NCBI RefSeq assembly: GCF_033153115.1
Contig: NW_026889758.1
Coordinates: 49,166,001-49,230,000, forward strand
Source of the DNA: Saccostrea echinata
Lineage: Eukaryota
Reading direction: 5' to 3'
DNA length: 64,000 nt
Below, one piece after another: positions 1 to 11,257 of this stretch (position 1 is the stretch's first letter; every line of letters starts with the position of its first letter). The notes beneath the pieces are model-generated. The model had not been told where the DNA came from. It worked only from the letters and a program-made list of their open reading frames with translations, and did no database searches. Position numbers and translations under genes: made by a program.

Positions 1-601
1 AATGCCTTTTCCAAAATTGTGAAATTCATGGCCCCTGGGTCAGGGGTTCTGGTGTAAGGGCAGGGCTCTATTGATTATATAGTGAAAATGCATTAATTTT
101 TGGAAAATCTTCTCCTCTGCTCCTGGACATCAAGCAGTCAAACTGTTGGCATGATTGTAATAAGGATTGAGCCCTCTACCAAAATTGTGAAATTCATGGC
201 CCCTGTGTCAGGGGTTCTGGTGTTAGGGCGGGGCTCTATTGATTATATAGTGAAAATGCATTAATTCTTTGAAAATCTTCTTCTCTGCTCCTGGGTATTA
301 TTTAAACAAACTAAGTGCATAGTAATGGTGCAGAAGGATGCTTTTTCCAAAATTTTGAAATTCTTGGCCCCAGGATCAGGGGTTCTGGAGCTAGGGCGTG
401 TCTATATAAATCATATAGTGAAAGTGCATTATTTCTTTGAAAAATCTTTTTCTCTGCTCCTGGGTATTATTGAAACATATTGAATACATAGTTATGATAA
501 GCAAGAGTGACTCTACCAAAATTGTGAAATTCATGGCCCCAAGGTCAGGGGTTCTGGTGCTGGGGGGGGGGGGGGGCTCTATTGATTATATAGTGAATCT
601 G

Positions 602-634
<33 letters not shown>

Positions 635-1182
635 AGGTGTTCTGGTCCTGGCCAGGGCTCTATTAATTTGTATTCAACTGAGAGGAGTTATTCCCCTTTG
701 CCATTTACTTTTGATAATTAATCACTGTAAATAATGTACTTGAAAGGTTAATAGAATAAGAGAATTATGCAAGATATTTTATTGTATAATACCAAAAGTA
801 CTTTTGTAGTTTAAATGATCAGGTAGACTTGTAAGTAATAGATAAATAAAAATGAGACAAAAATAACTTGTATTATTCAATGTTCATCAAAGACCAAGAG
901 AGTCCAATGTAAGAGATTTCATCAAGGAATTAAAATGGTACAGAATCACTGATAATTTGTTAATATACTGTATGATGATAGTGATAAATGGGGAACAGAT
1001 TAAAACCTAACTTATGAACTGTTAATGAACACTAGACTAATTAATTTTGTTGATCCTGATCACCCTATTTTTCTTGCTTATGGGCAACAAAGCTTCACCT
1101 TTCAGGTCATTTTATACTCTGTGGATCCTCTAAATTGTTGTTTTATACTCAGGTGACCATTAAGGCCCTTGGGCCTCTTGTT
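1..1182 (+). mobile_element. Helentron-associated interspersed element (HINE), 5' part outside the window, with a ~170-bp internal satellite
   Basis: About 3.5 tandem copies of CCAAAATTGTGAAATTCATGGCCCC...GGGGTTCTGG lie in 1-640. The 3' end is CTCAGGTGACCATTAAGGCCCTTGGGCCTCTTGTT (short hairpin + CTTGTT), which recurs at the ends of other elements in this window. Confidence 0.8.
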
Positions 1183-2379
1183 TATTTTGATGATTGCTAG
1201 TCTTACTTAAAATAGAAATTTTTGTGAACAACTTTCAAAACGCTATTCCTTCTACAGTTTTGATCTGATTTCAATGTAACTTGGCATACATGTAGACTAC
1301 ACTAAGATATATAATTCTGTTTATCAGGTTTTGATTTTAATGATTGATGGTTACTAAAAATAGAAATTTATATCCTAATTTCTTTTCAAAACTGTACTCC
1401 TCCTACATTTTTGGTCTGCAATTAATCTTGCCACAAAAAAGACTAAACCAAGGATCATAATTCTATTTATTGCTGTTGTAAAATTTCAAATTCAAGTACT
1501 ATTTTTCTCTTTCTTTGTTATAAGTACAAACTAGTAGAGCTACAGTCTTGTTAGAGACTTCTGGTTAATTTAATAGCTATATACAGTTGAACTTTGCATC
1601 TTGAACTCTGATATCCTGAATACCATGGATATGTCAAAGTGAGTTGAAAGTCCCCAAAACATTTTTTGTCCCCCGCTTTCACTGAAAGTGTCCGTCTGTC
1701 TGTATTTCTGTCTGTCTGTAACACTTTCATTTCCACACGATATCTCGTGAACCCTGTGAGCTTTCACAATAAATTTTGCAAAGCAACTCCCTATGGCCTA
1801 AAGGAGAACCCTATTGGTTTTGAGGTCAAAGGTCAAGGTCATAAATTCATTAATTCTGTCTGTTTTAACACTTTCGTTTCCGCGCGATATCTCGAGAACC
1901 CTTTGAGCTTTTGCAATGAAATTTTACGTTACAACTCCCTGTGGCCTAAGGAAGACCCCTATTGATTTTGAGGTCAAAAGGTCAAAGTTCAAGGTCTTAT
2001 ATTCATACATTCCATCTGTGTGTAACACTTTCATTTCCAGGCAATATCTCAAGAAGCTTTTGAGCTTTTGCAATAAATTTAATATCATAACTCCCTAGGG
2101 TCTCTCTCATCCCTCTCAAAGTGTCCCGCCCCTTTTTTTTTTATTATTTATTGTATTAAAAGTCACTTGGCACTATTTTTAGCACAGGGGCATGTGGAGA
2201 GTTATTACGTATTAATACAGGTTGTCGGCGGACTTTATATTCTTATTACATCTATTAGAACTGTTTAGTAAAGGCTAAATTAGACACCATGTATTGTGTA
2301 AAACTTTGACAATATCGAACATAAATATAAACATTATATGAGACCTAATGTTTGTGTTTAATTTGCTGTTTAATCACGT

Positions 2380-2450
2380 GCCTCCATGGTTTAGGGGTAT
2401 GACTCTCGCTTAGCATGTTAGAGGTCCCGGGTTCAAATACCGTACGATCC
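2380..2450 (+). pseudogene. tRNA-Pro-derived pseudogene inside a HINE
   Basis: TGGTTTAGGGGTATGACTCTCGCTTAGCATGTTAGAGGTCCCGGGTTCAAAT resembles the eukaryotic tRNA-Pro body. The acceptor stem does not pair. A T-run follows. Confidence 0.65.
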
Positions 2451-3189
2451 TTTTTTTTGTCCCCCACTTTCACTGAAAGTGGGGGATATTAATTTGGGTC
2501 TGTCTGTCCATCCGTCTGTATTTCTGTCTGTAACACTTTCATTTCTACACAATATCTTGAGAACCCTTTGAGCTTTTGCAATGAAATTTTGCATAGCAAC
2601 TCCCTATGGCCTAAAGAAGAACCTTATTGATTTTGAGGTCAAAAGGTCAAAGATCAAGGTCATAAATTCATAAATTCTGTCTGTTTTAACACTATCGTTT
2701 CCACGCGATATATCGCGAATTCTTTGAGCTTTTGCAATGAAATTTTACATAACAACTCCCTGTGGCCTAAGGAAGACCCCTATTGATTTTGAGGTCAAAA
2801 GGTCAAAGTTCAAGGTCATAAATTGATGAATTCCATCTGTGTGTAACACTTTCATTTCTGGGCAATATCTCAAGAAGCTTTCGAGCTTCTGCAATGAAAT
2901 TTTATACCATTACTCCCTGTGGCCTCTCTTGCCCCTCTCAAAGTGTCCCGTCCAATTTTTTTAATTTATTGTATTAAAAGTCACTTGGCACTATTTGTAG
3001 CACTGGGGCATGTTATTATGTATAATACAGGTTGTCGGCAGACTTTATATTCTAAATACATTTATTCGAACTGTTTAGTAAAGGCTAAATTAGACAACAT
3101 TTATTGTGTAAAATTTTGACAATATCGAACGTGAATATAAACATTATCTGTGACCTAATGTTTGCATTTAATTTGCTGCATAATCAAGT

Positions 3190-3260
3190 GCCTCCATGGT
3201 CTAGTGGTTATGATGCTTGCTTGGCAAGCGAGAGGCCCGGGTTCAAATCCCGGACGATCC
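3190..3260 (+). pseudogene. tRNA-Pro-derived pseudogene inside a HINE (second copy)
   Basis: A-box TGGTCTAGTGG and B-box GGTTCAAATCC are intact. The 3' end CCCGGACGATCC is tRNA-Pro-like, but the acceptor stem is broken. Confidence 0.65.
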
Positions 3261-4210
3261 TCTTTTTTATTTATTTATTTATTTTTTATTATTATTTTTT
3301 TTTTTGGATTTACTAAATGATACTATACAACATGTGAAATGAAAAAGTTATGACATCTAGCCTGTACAACCCCCCCCCCCACCCCCCCACCCCCGAACTG
3401 CGCATGCTCTTCTTTTTTCCCTAAGTGGGGGACACAAATTCTCTGAATTAGCTTGTTTTTTTTTTTCATTTTTTTTTTTTTTTGGAATTTACTAAATGAT
3501 ACTATTCAACATGTGAAGTGAAAAAGTTATGATGTCTGGCTTGTACAAACTCATAAAATCATTATTACACTAACAGTGTGATAAATATTTTATATAAAAA
3601 GAATCTTCTATACACATATTAAAGAATAAGCAATCAAATCTTTATATCCATATTGGCATTTTTTATTTGCTTCATTATACATGTATACATTAAATAAATA
3701 AGGGGGGGGGGGCCGATTCCCCCAAACTGCGCATGCTCTTCTTTTTTTTTCCCTAAGGGGGGGGGGGGACGAAATTCTCTGAATTAGCTTGTTTTAATGT
3801 AATTTACCTCAATATATCTTGATCCCTTTGATATCAAGAAGTTTTTTTATGGTCCCATCAAGTTTAAGATATTGAGGTTTGACTGTATATTCAGGCCTAG
3901 GGCAATCAAACTATGTTGATGCTTCTTGGAGGGAAGGTTTGTCGCAACCCAACATTAAGTTATTTATTTAAGTGTTGTTACAAATGACAAGATCATTGCT
4001 TGCAACTATGAATATGCATGAAAAGTTGTGTAGTTATTCTTGGTGTAGTTCCAAATGGGCATACCATGTAACCAGCAATACACTTTATTATAACAATAAT
4101 ATCTGATATATTATTGAAATGAAATGATAGGGCAAAAGAAATTAAGCACTAAACATTGAATCTGTTTTTACATATGCATAGGTTTTGTTGTTGTTCAAAC
4201 TGTATTTTGA

Positions 4211-4648
<438 letters not shown>

Positions 4649-7600
4649 CATCATCACAGAAGAGCACCTCAACACAGCCTTGTCTATAGTGAAGCCCTGA
4701 ATCACCTCACTACTGACAAAATACAAACACTGTCTAAAGGCAAAAAAAAAAACTTCATCTGACATCATTGGGGAAGAGCACCTCAACACAGCCTTGTCTA
4801 TAGTGAAGCCCCCAATCACCTGCTCTCTACTGACAAAATACACTGTCCAAACGAGAAAAAACTTCACATCTGACATTATCAGGGGAGAGCACCTCAACAC
4901 AGCCTTGTCTGTAGTGAAGCCCTCAATCACCTCCTCTCTACTGACAAAATACAAACACTGTCCAAAGGAGAGAAAAAAACTTATCATCTGACATCATCAG
5001 GGGAGAACATCTCAACACAGCCTTCTCTAAAGTGAAGCCCTCAATCACCTCCTCTCAACTGATGAAATACAAACACCGTCTAAAGGAGAAAAAAACATCA
5101 TCTGACATCATCAAGGGAGAGCACCTCAACACAGGATTGTCTATAGTGAAGCTCTCAATCACCTCCTCTCTACTGACAAAATACAAACATGGCCCAAAGG
5201 AGAAAAAAATTTCATCTTGTGAACATTTTGCTGAGCAATTAACGAATGTGAAAGAATTTTTTCTATGTTCAATGAATTAATTTCTTTTGAAAGTAATTTT
5301 TTATAACACACATAAATATTTATGAATTAAAAGAGCATGATATGAATTGCAGAAGTATATGAAACTTGCATGAGTCATTGGTGTCCATTACTTAGTTTAA
5401 GAATACTTTAATAAGCTCTACTAGTCATAGCCAGAAGTGTCCATTATCTTTCCTTAAGGAGTGTAAGATTCAAGTTTCTTCAAGTTGTAGCCCTAGGGTC
5501 TCGGATATAGCTGAGAAAGGAGGTTAAAGTTCTATAGGCAGATATGCCAACGATGACAAAGCATTATTTCCACAATTTGTCATTGACAATTATGCTTTTA
5601 ATGCTTTCTTTACTCTTTGAACAAAATCTGGAATTTTTAGTTTCCCCAGACCAAAGTTTAGATTGTTCTTACCATGTTATCTGAAGCCATTATATATATA
5701 GACTACTGTACATGTATCAATATTTTTATGAAAATCTTTTAAAATATTAAGATTGTTGTTCTGTCAAAATGGGAAATAAAGGTGATGTCATTATGGTCTC
5801 AGTCTTGAATCTCGAGTCGATCTTTTCTTTATACTTAACACAGTGATTTTCATAATTTAGCAAGGATCCCTTATGAATTTGTGAAACAAAATGTGCTTCT
5901 AGTTGTGAAATCAATCAGAAAATGGGCAGCTTTTATCTCCATTTATTGAGTCCTTCTCAGAGGCTGCTGCGTGCTGGGCCTCAAACCCTTGATGGTTTAT
6001 TACACTTGTCAATTAAAATTTAAAAGTGGTTGGCAGAGCAGAATATGAAAATGGTTTGAGAAAATTTTAAAATCATCTAAAGAACCACTGAGCCACAAAA
6101 ACTGTAACAATTTCCCTATATAGTATATCGACATCGGTTTTGGTTGGAATTTCCAACTTAAAAAAAATATTACGTGGCACTAACGCTTCCGTAATTAACG
6201 GTCTGACACTGGTTTTAAAATTATGTATCAATTACTAATGAATTCTTCTTTGCATTCAAACAAGTATTAATGTCCAATTCAAACTGCCATTTGTATTGAA
6301 TAAAATGAGTGTAAAATGTAGGCAAAAATCGACAGGTAGCGTGCGCAGTTCTTTCATCTACAAAATCATACACCCATATTTTTCTGCAGCTAAGTCTACG
6401 GAATTTTGAGAAAACCCTCGTACTTGAGGGATAACTTTGCTTGTTCCTTTCTTGATGAATATATCCAACGTTTTAATGCAAGACATACTGATTGCTTATT
6501 TTCATGTATATAGTGCTGGCGGTGGTTGTTGGGAGGGAAGTGGGGGGGGGGGTGTAAAGTGTATTTCAGTATTGTCAATTGGAAACAAAACTTGCAGTAT
6601 GATATACATCTGAACGTATTCAAAGGAATGCATTTCTCTCCTTTTTTCTTCAATGTTTTTGGATTCTTGTGCAAAATAGGTAATATAACCATTTTGAATA
6701 GGTAATATCACCTTTTTTATTTTGAATTATAGTAGGTGAATCATGAAGTCACTTATCCGAATAGGCGATAAACACCTATTCAATTTATATATGAAATAAA
6801 ATTGCTAATTTACTCCATACAGAAAGTAATCATTTCAGTCTTTCTGTACATTAATGATAACAGAGATTGATTGATTGATTATTGTTGTCGTTTTTGGCGG
6901 TACAAATAAATATTCAATGAACGGTTTTAGAAAAAAGTATCAGTAAACGTAAAGCAAATCTAACGGCAAGTAAAATTTATGTAACTTCACAATGATCCAC
7001 GCGCGGATCTAGAGGGGGGGGGGGTTCGGGGGGTCCGGACCCCCTCCCCTGGAATTTGAAGAGTTTTTAAAGTATATACTGAAGCAAATTAAAAATGACT
7101 TTGGACCCCCCCCCCCCCCTGGAAAACGTGGACCCCACCACCACCATCACGAAATAGTTTTTTTTTACATTTGGGAAAGGGATTTTATGTATGTATGTAT
7201 TTTTTTTTTTTTTTTTTTTTGGATCGATAACTCATGATGTTTTAAAATATTTCAGACTGTAACAAAGGGGAAATGACAGCCTGAATTTGCTATGGGACAA
7301 TGAATAGACATATCCAGTTTGAAAAACTGGATATGTCTATTCATTGTCCCATTTTGTAAATAGGGTTGTCCTATGGACCATTTTTGTGTACATATATCTT
7401 ACAAACAGAGCCCCCTTTTTATCAATGCAATGCCGAAATAGTGGAGGAAGTTCAAAAAGTAAAAAAAAAAATTATGAACTTTTTTTTTTTTAAGTTTGTT
7501 TAAGAGTAACAAAATCAAATCATCAATTTTGAATCAATGTTAAGGAAATGAAGGTTGTAAAGATTCATCCTTTAGTTTGTATTGAAGCTAGATTGTCTTT

Positions 7601-7693
7601 TAGGAATTGACCATTTAATTCATGTTGTAAGAACTCGAATTGGTAATATCACAAATTCAAAACGAATAGATGATATCATTATCAATAGGTTTT

Positions 7694-8125
7694 CATGCGC
7701 GGATCTGGGGGAGGGGGGGGGGGTCGGGGTAACATCCCCCCTGGAATTTGCAGAGTTATAAAAAGTATATACTGAAACAAATAAGAAAGATTATGGACCC
7801 CCCTCCCCCCCCTTAGAAAACTTGGACCCCACCATCACCACCACTGATGAAAAAAGCATAGGCACTCCCCAGCTTAATTGTTTAAAAAATGTATATCTAC
7901 TTATACTATTTATAGTATAAGTAGAGATTCATTTTTAAACAATTAAGCTGGGGTGTCTATGGAAAAAAAGGTGTTTTTCACGTTTGGGAATTTACGCCTT
8001 TTTTCCTCATCAAGTAATTTTCGGAGTTTAATACGTTTGGGAAGGGAGTTTAGAAATTTTTTTTGGACTGGAGGGGACAACCCCCCCCCCCCCCCCCCCC
8101 CCGGAAAAAATCCTGGATCAGCCTG
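7694..8125. mobile_element. MITE with CATGCGCGGATC...GGATCAGCCTG termini; a related truncated copy lies at ~6996-7225
   Basis: Imperfect TIRs, G/C runs and flanking direct repeat GGTTTT (7688-7693 and 8126-8131). Internal sequence is shared with the 6996 copy. Confidence 0.65.
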
Positions 8126-8329
8126 GGTTTTATCACCCTTTAGAATAGGTATTATCACCTATTCAATTCAAAAAAGGTGATATCACGTTTTAGAATACTG
8201 AGGTGATATCACCTATTTATTTCCAATAGGTGATACGTGTATCCCCAATTTAAAAAGGTGATAAGTCTTATCTCCTTTTCGAATAAGTGATATCTATTTA
8301 ATTTGAATGAGTGAGCATCTATTTGAATG

Positions 8330-10316
8330 AAATACAAATACAAATACAAATATTTATTGGCACAAACACAATTACAATAATTGGCAAAGGCACAACACAT
8401 TATAAGAATCATCAATTGTTCATACATAAATATACAATATTTTAGTATAGAATATGAGGCTATACATAATTATAAATCATACATCATTTGTATAATAATT
8501 ATGTAATGCAATCATTTCTAGATACAAGACATTTTGTAATAAGTGAGTGTGTTATTTTCAGTATTTCTGGACAATGGCTATTAAAGCAAAGCTTAACTTT
8601 TTGAGTATAAGACATATTTGATATTTTTCCTTGAAAAAAAATCATCAAGTTCCTTTCAAAAGTTAACCTATGATTATTGTATTTATGGCAGCTGAATAGA
8701 AAATGAAATTCATCTTCAATCTCCCTTGTGTTGCAAATATTACAAAATCTTTTATCTGTGGGTATAGACAAATGTCTCCCTTTTTCTATGGCAAGGTTAT
8801 GTGCACTAAGTCTCAACCTGCTAATAATTGATCTCTCTGTTTTCATTTTTAATATATCAGTGTATCCACAGCATTTGAAATTATTAAAAACAACTTGATA
8901 AAATTTTAGTTTTGATGAATTATGAATCTTTGCATATTCCTCTTGTAAGCATTGATCTGATATTCTTTGTTTTATGTTTCTCAGAAGTGATTTTATTGAA
9001 TTTTCTTTTTTGGTAATGAATGAAAATCCTAACTTATTGAAAATTGAAAAAATATTTTTAGTCCATGAGTTTGTTTTGACTGTTGCTTTATAGATTTTAA
9101 ATACTAAAGTATTCTTGGAAGTAATAAGATGGTTCCAAAATTTTATACTTGAAAAATGTATTCTTGTCCACAAGGGTTGTCTACCTAAATCTGCTCTGCA
9201 GGGAGCATTAGTAGTTTTACAATGTACTCCTAAAATTTCCTTAATAAACTTCATGTGAAATTTTTCAATTATAGAATTTTCACCAATGTTATTATAAATA
9301 CCCCAGATCTCACAGCAATAAAGAAGAACTGGTGTTATAATTGAGTCAAAGAGTTTTTCCAAAAGTTTACATGGATTATCCAAACCAATGGTTTTCTTAA
9401 TCTTAAAATAGGCTTTTCTGGCCTTTTCCATAAGTACTGACATAGCTAAGTTCAGATTTCCATTACATTTCAAGGTTAATCCAAGATAACAAAATTTTGA
9501 TACTGTTTGAAGAACACTTCCATTATATGTAAACTCATTGATGCAAAATTTACCATTTGAGTTAAAAATAAGGACTTTAGACTTCTCAACATTGACCAGT
9601 AGTTTCCAATTAGAACAATATGTTTCAAGAATGTTCAAACAATTCTGTAACCCAGTTTTACTTTCAGATAATAAAACAATATCATCAGCATATAATAGAC
9701 AATTTACAGAGATTTCACCAATTTGAACAGGATCACAATTGCCTGTTTTAAGTTCATCAATAATACCATTAATAAAAATGTTGAAGAGAGATGGGCTTAA
9801 GATATCACCTTGCTTAACACCACATTCAGATGTGAATGATTTACTGAGACCATTAGCAAACTTTATCTTGGTTTTTGTATTCTCATACATAGAAAATATA
9901 ATATTGAACATATTGGTGTGTATATTGGATTTCAAAAGTTTATAATAAAGTCCAACCCTCCATATAGTGTCAAATGCTTTACGGAGATCGATAAAAGCTG
10001 CATAAACCTTTTGCTTTTTGTTTTTATAATAATCTGTTATAGTCTTAATTGTAAAAATATGATCTGATGTTCTGCTTTTTTCTTTGAAACCAATTTGATT
10101 TTCACTAATTAGTGATGCATCCTTGATAAAATCTAGCAATCTGAAATGAATAATCCTATTAAAAAGTTTTCCTAGGTTTGATGTAATGGATATACCTCTG
10201 TAATTACAAGGATCAAGTTTGTTACCCGATTTATGTAAGAGTACCAGAATACTTTCATTCCATAAAGTAGGAAATTGCCCTGAGTTCAAAATAAAGTTGA
10301 ACAGTTTTTGTAGTAA
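8330..10316 (-). mobile_element. 5'-truncated non-LTR retrotransposon (CR1/L2-group LINE)
   Basis: RT ORF, a short 3' UTR with AATAAA and a (TTTGTA)n tail at ~8330-8358. The frame stays open to ~10316, where host-element sequence resumes. No endonuclease domain is present. Confidence 0.9.
8499..10289 (-). CDS. LINE ORF2 fragment: reverse transcriptase plus C-terminal Cys/His motif
   Basis: 596 uninterrupted codons with NYRGISI, QIGF, FIDLRKAFD, GVKQGDILSP, LLYADD, YLG, and C-terminal CNIC...EDEFHFLFSC. The TTG start is only the truncation point. Confidence 0.92.
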   Translation of the reverse strand: MNSGQFPTLWNESILVLLHKSGNKLDPCNYRGISITSNLGKLFNRIIHFRLLDFIKDASLISENQIGFKEKSRTSDHIFTIKTITDYYKNKKQKVYAAFIDLRKAFDTIWRVGLYYKLLKSNIHTNMFNIIFSMYENTKTKIKFANGLSKSFTSECGVKQGDILSPSLFNIFINGIIDELKTGNCDPVQIGEISVNCLLYADDIVLLSESKTGLQNCLNILETYCSNWKLLVNVEKSKVLIFNSNGKFCINEFTYNGSVLQTVSKFCYLGLTLKCNGNLNLAMSVLMEKARKAYFKIKKTIGLDNPCKLLEKLFDSIITPVLLYCCEIWGIYNNIGENSIIEKFHMKFIKEILGVHCKTTNAPCRADLGRQPLWTRIHFSSIKFWNHLITSKNTLVFKIYKATVKTNSWTKNIFSIFNKLGFSFITKKENSIKSLLRNIKQRISDQCLQEEYAKIHNSSKLKFYQVVFNNFKCCGYTDILKMKTERSIISRLRLSAHNLAIEKGRHLSIPTDKRFCNICNTREIEDEFHFLFSCHKYNNHRLTFERNLMIFFQGKISNMSYTQKVKLCFNSHCPEILKITHSLITKCLVSRNDCIT

Positions 10317-10616
10317 TATTCGATAATATTGATATCACTGAAGAAATGGCAATAAACACCAAAACGGCGCCTCGTAGGTAGAGAGGAAAACACCCTAAGA
10401 TCTTCAGAGTTTAATAGTAAGGTAAGCAAACTATGAGAATGGGCTACCTGGAAAAAATATGGACATCTAGTAAAGCGCAAATCGGAACTATTTTTTTTGT
10501 ATCGTTTTTGGTTTTGTAGTTACTCTTCTCTTTAATTTTCCGGTGTTTTAATTTGACGTCGACGTTTGGCTGGCCTTCATTATTTTGAAGAAAGGAACAA
10601 TATCACAAGGTTCAAA

Positions 10617-11257
10617 ATGGTTTTTAAAAGAGTGAAAAACTTTATATCGTACTGGTATCTACAATATCTTTTGGCAACATCTGTATACATGTTGGAGCCA
10701 CTGGAAAGGAGAGTCTTTAGTATCCTTTTTTCGCCTGTGTTCCTGAATCTGTGACTCAAATTTGTAAAACCATGATCTGAAATTTTATTTAAGTTGCAAA
10801 AAAAAAAAACACTAGATCGAAAAAACACCACAATACAACTAAAGGGGTGGGGTTTTTTTTGGGGGGGGCGGGGGGTGACAGGAGGTTGTATTTTTCAATT
10901 CAAGGCTTTATTTTCAAGTTATTGATAAAAAATTTCATGTGCCAATGTTAAATTAAACGGACAAAGTTTAGTTTTTTTTAAAGGGTTATTATTTTACTTA
11001 AACAAGATACTATCTGTATGAAAGGACATGTTTGAGGAAATGGCAATACTTTACACACATCTTTTGGGCATTGAAAGTGAGTTTTTATCCTGAAGGCTGA
11101 ATGATCCTTAACTGAATTTTCAGATTGCTTGTTGATTATTGTGCTGGCAATGTTTATGTATACAAGTTATGTTTTCCTACCGGGCCATGCCAGAATGCTT
11201 ATTTATTTCATAAATACATATATACTGGGAGGGAATCCGTCAGAAGCAGGTGTTTAG
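10617..11257 (+). CDS. SPTSSA: Serine palmitoyltransferase small subunit (ssSPT, SPTSSA-like), 78 aa, 2 exons
   Basis: Exons 10617-10719 and 11124-11257 give MVFKRVKNFISYWYLQYLLATSVYMLEPLERRVFNCLLIIVLAMFMYTSYVFLPGHARMLIYFINTYILGGNPSEAGV*, with family motifs QY...YMLEPxER.VFN and YTxYVFxPxH. Confidence 0.92.
10720..11123 (+). other. U12-type (minor spliceosome) GT-AG intron
   Basis: 5' splice site GTATCCTTT at 10720, branch site TCCTTAAC at 11105-11112, and AG at 11122-11123 with only a very short pyrimidine tract. Removing it restores the ssSPT frame. Confidence 0.93.

Larger units (their letters stand above)
1662..3795 (+). mobile_element. Two nested copies of one HINE family (inner copy ~2451-3456), each carrying a tRNA-derived segment
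   Basis: Head TTTTGTCCCCC-CTTTCACTGAAAGTG followed by TCCGTCTG at ~1662 and ~2451, with near-identical bodies. Tail GGGGAC-AAATTCTCTGAATTAGCTTGTT at ~3456 and ~3795. Confidence 0.7.
1582..3887. mobile_element. TA-flanked MITE (Tc1/mariner-like) split by nested HINE insertions
   Basis: Termini TA-CAGTTGAACT (1582) and GGTTTGACTG-TA (3887). A short uninterrupted relative lies at ~25858-26026. Confidence 0.6.
6690..10376. mobile_element. Degenerate copy of the IS3EU-like family (see 56262-57637) hosting MITEs and a LINE; left end not identified
   Basis: AATAGGTGATATCACCTATT-type palindromic repeats at ~6695-6785 and ~8145-8310. Right TIR GGCAATAAACACCAAAACGGCGCCTCGTA ends at 10376 and matches 57610-57637. 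Confidence 0.55.
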
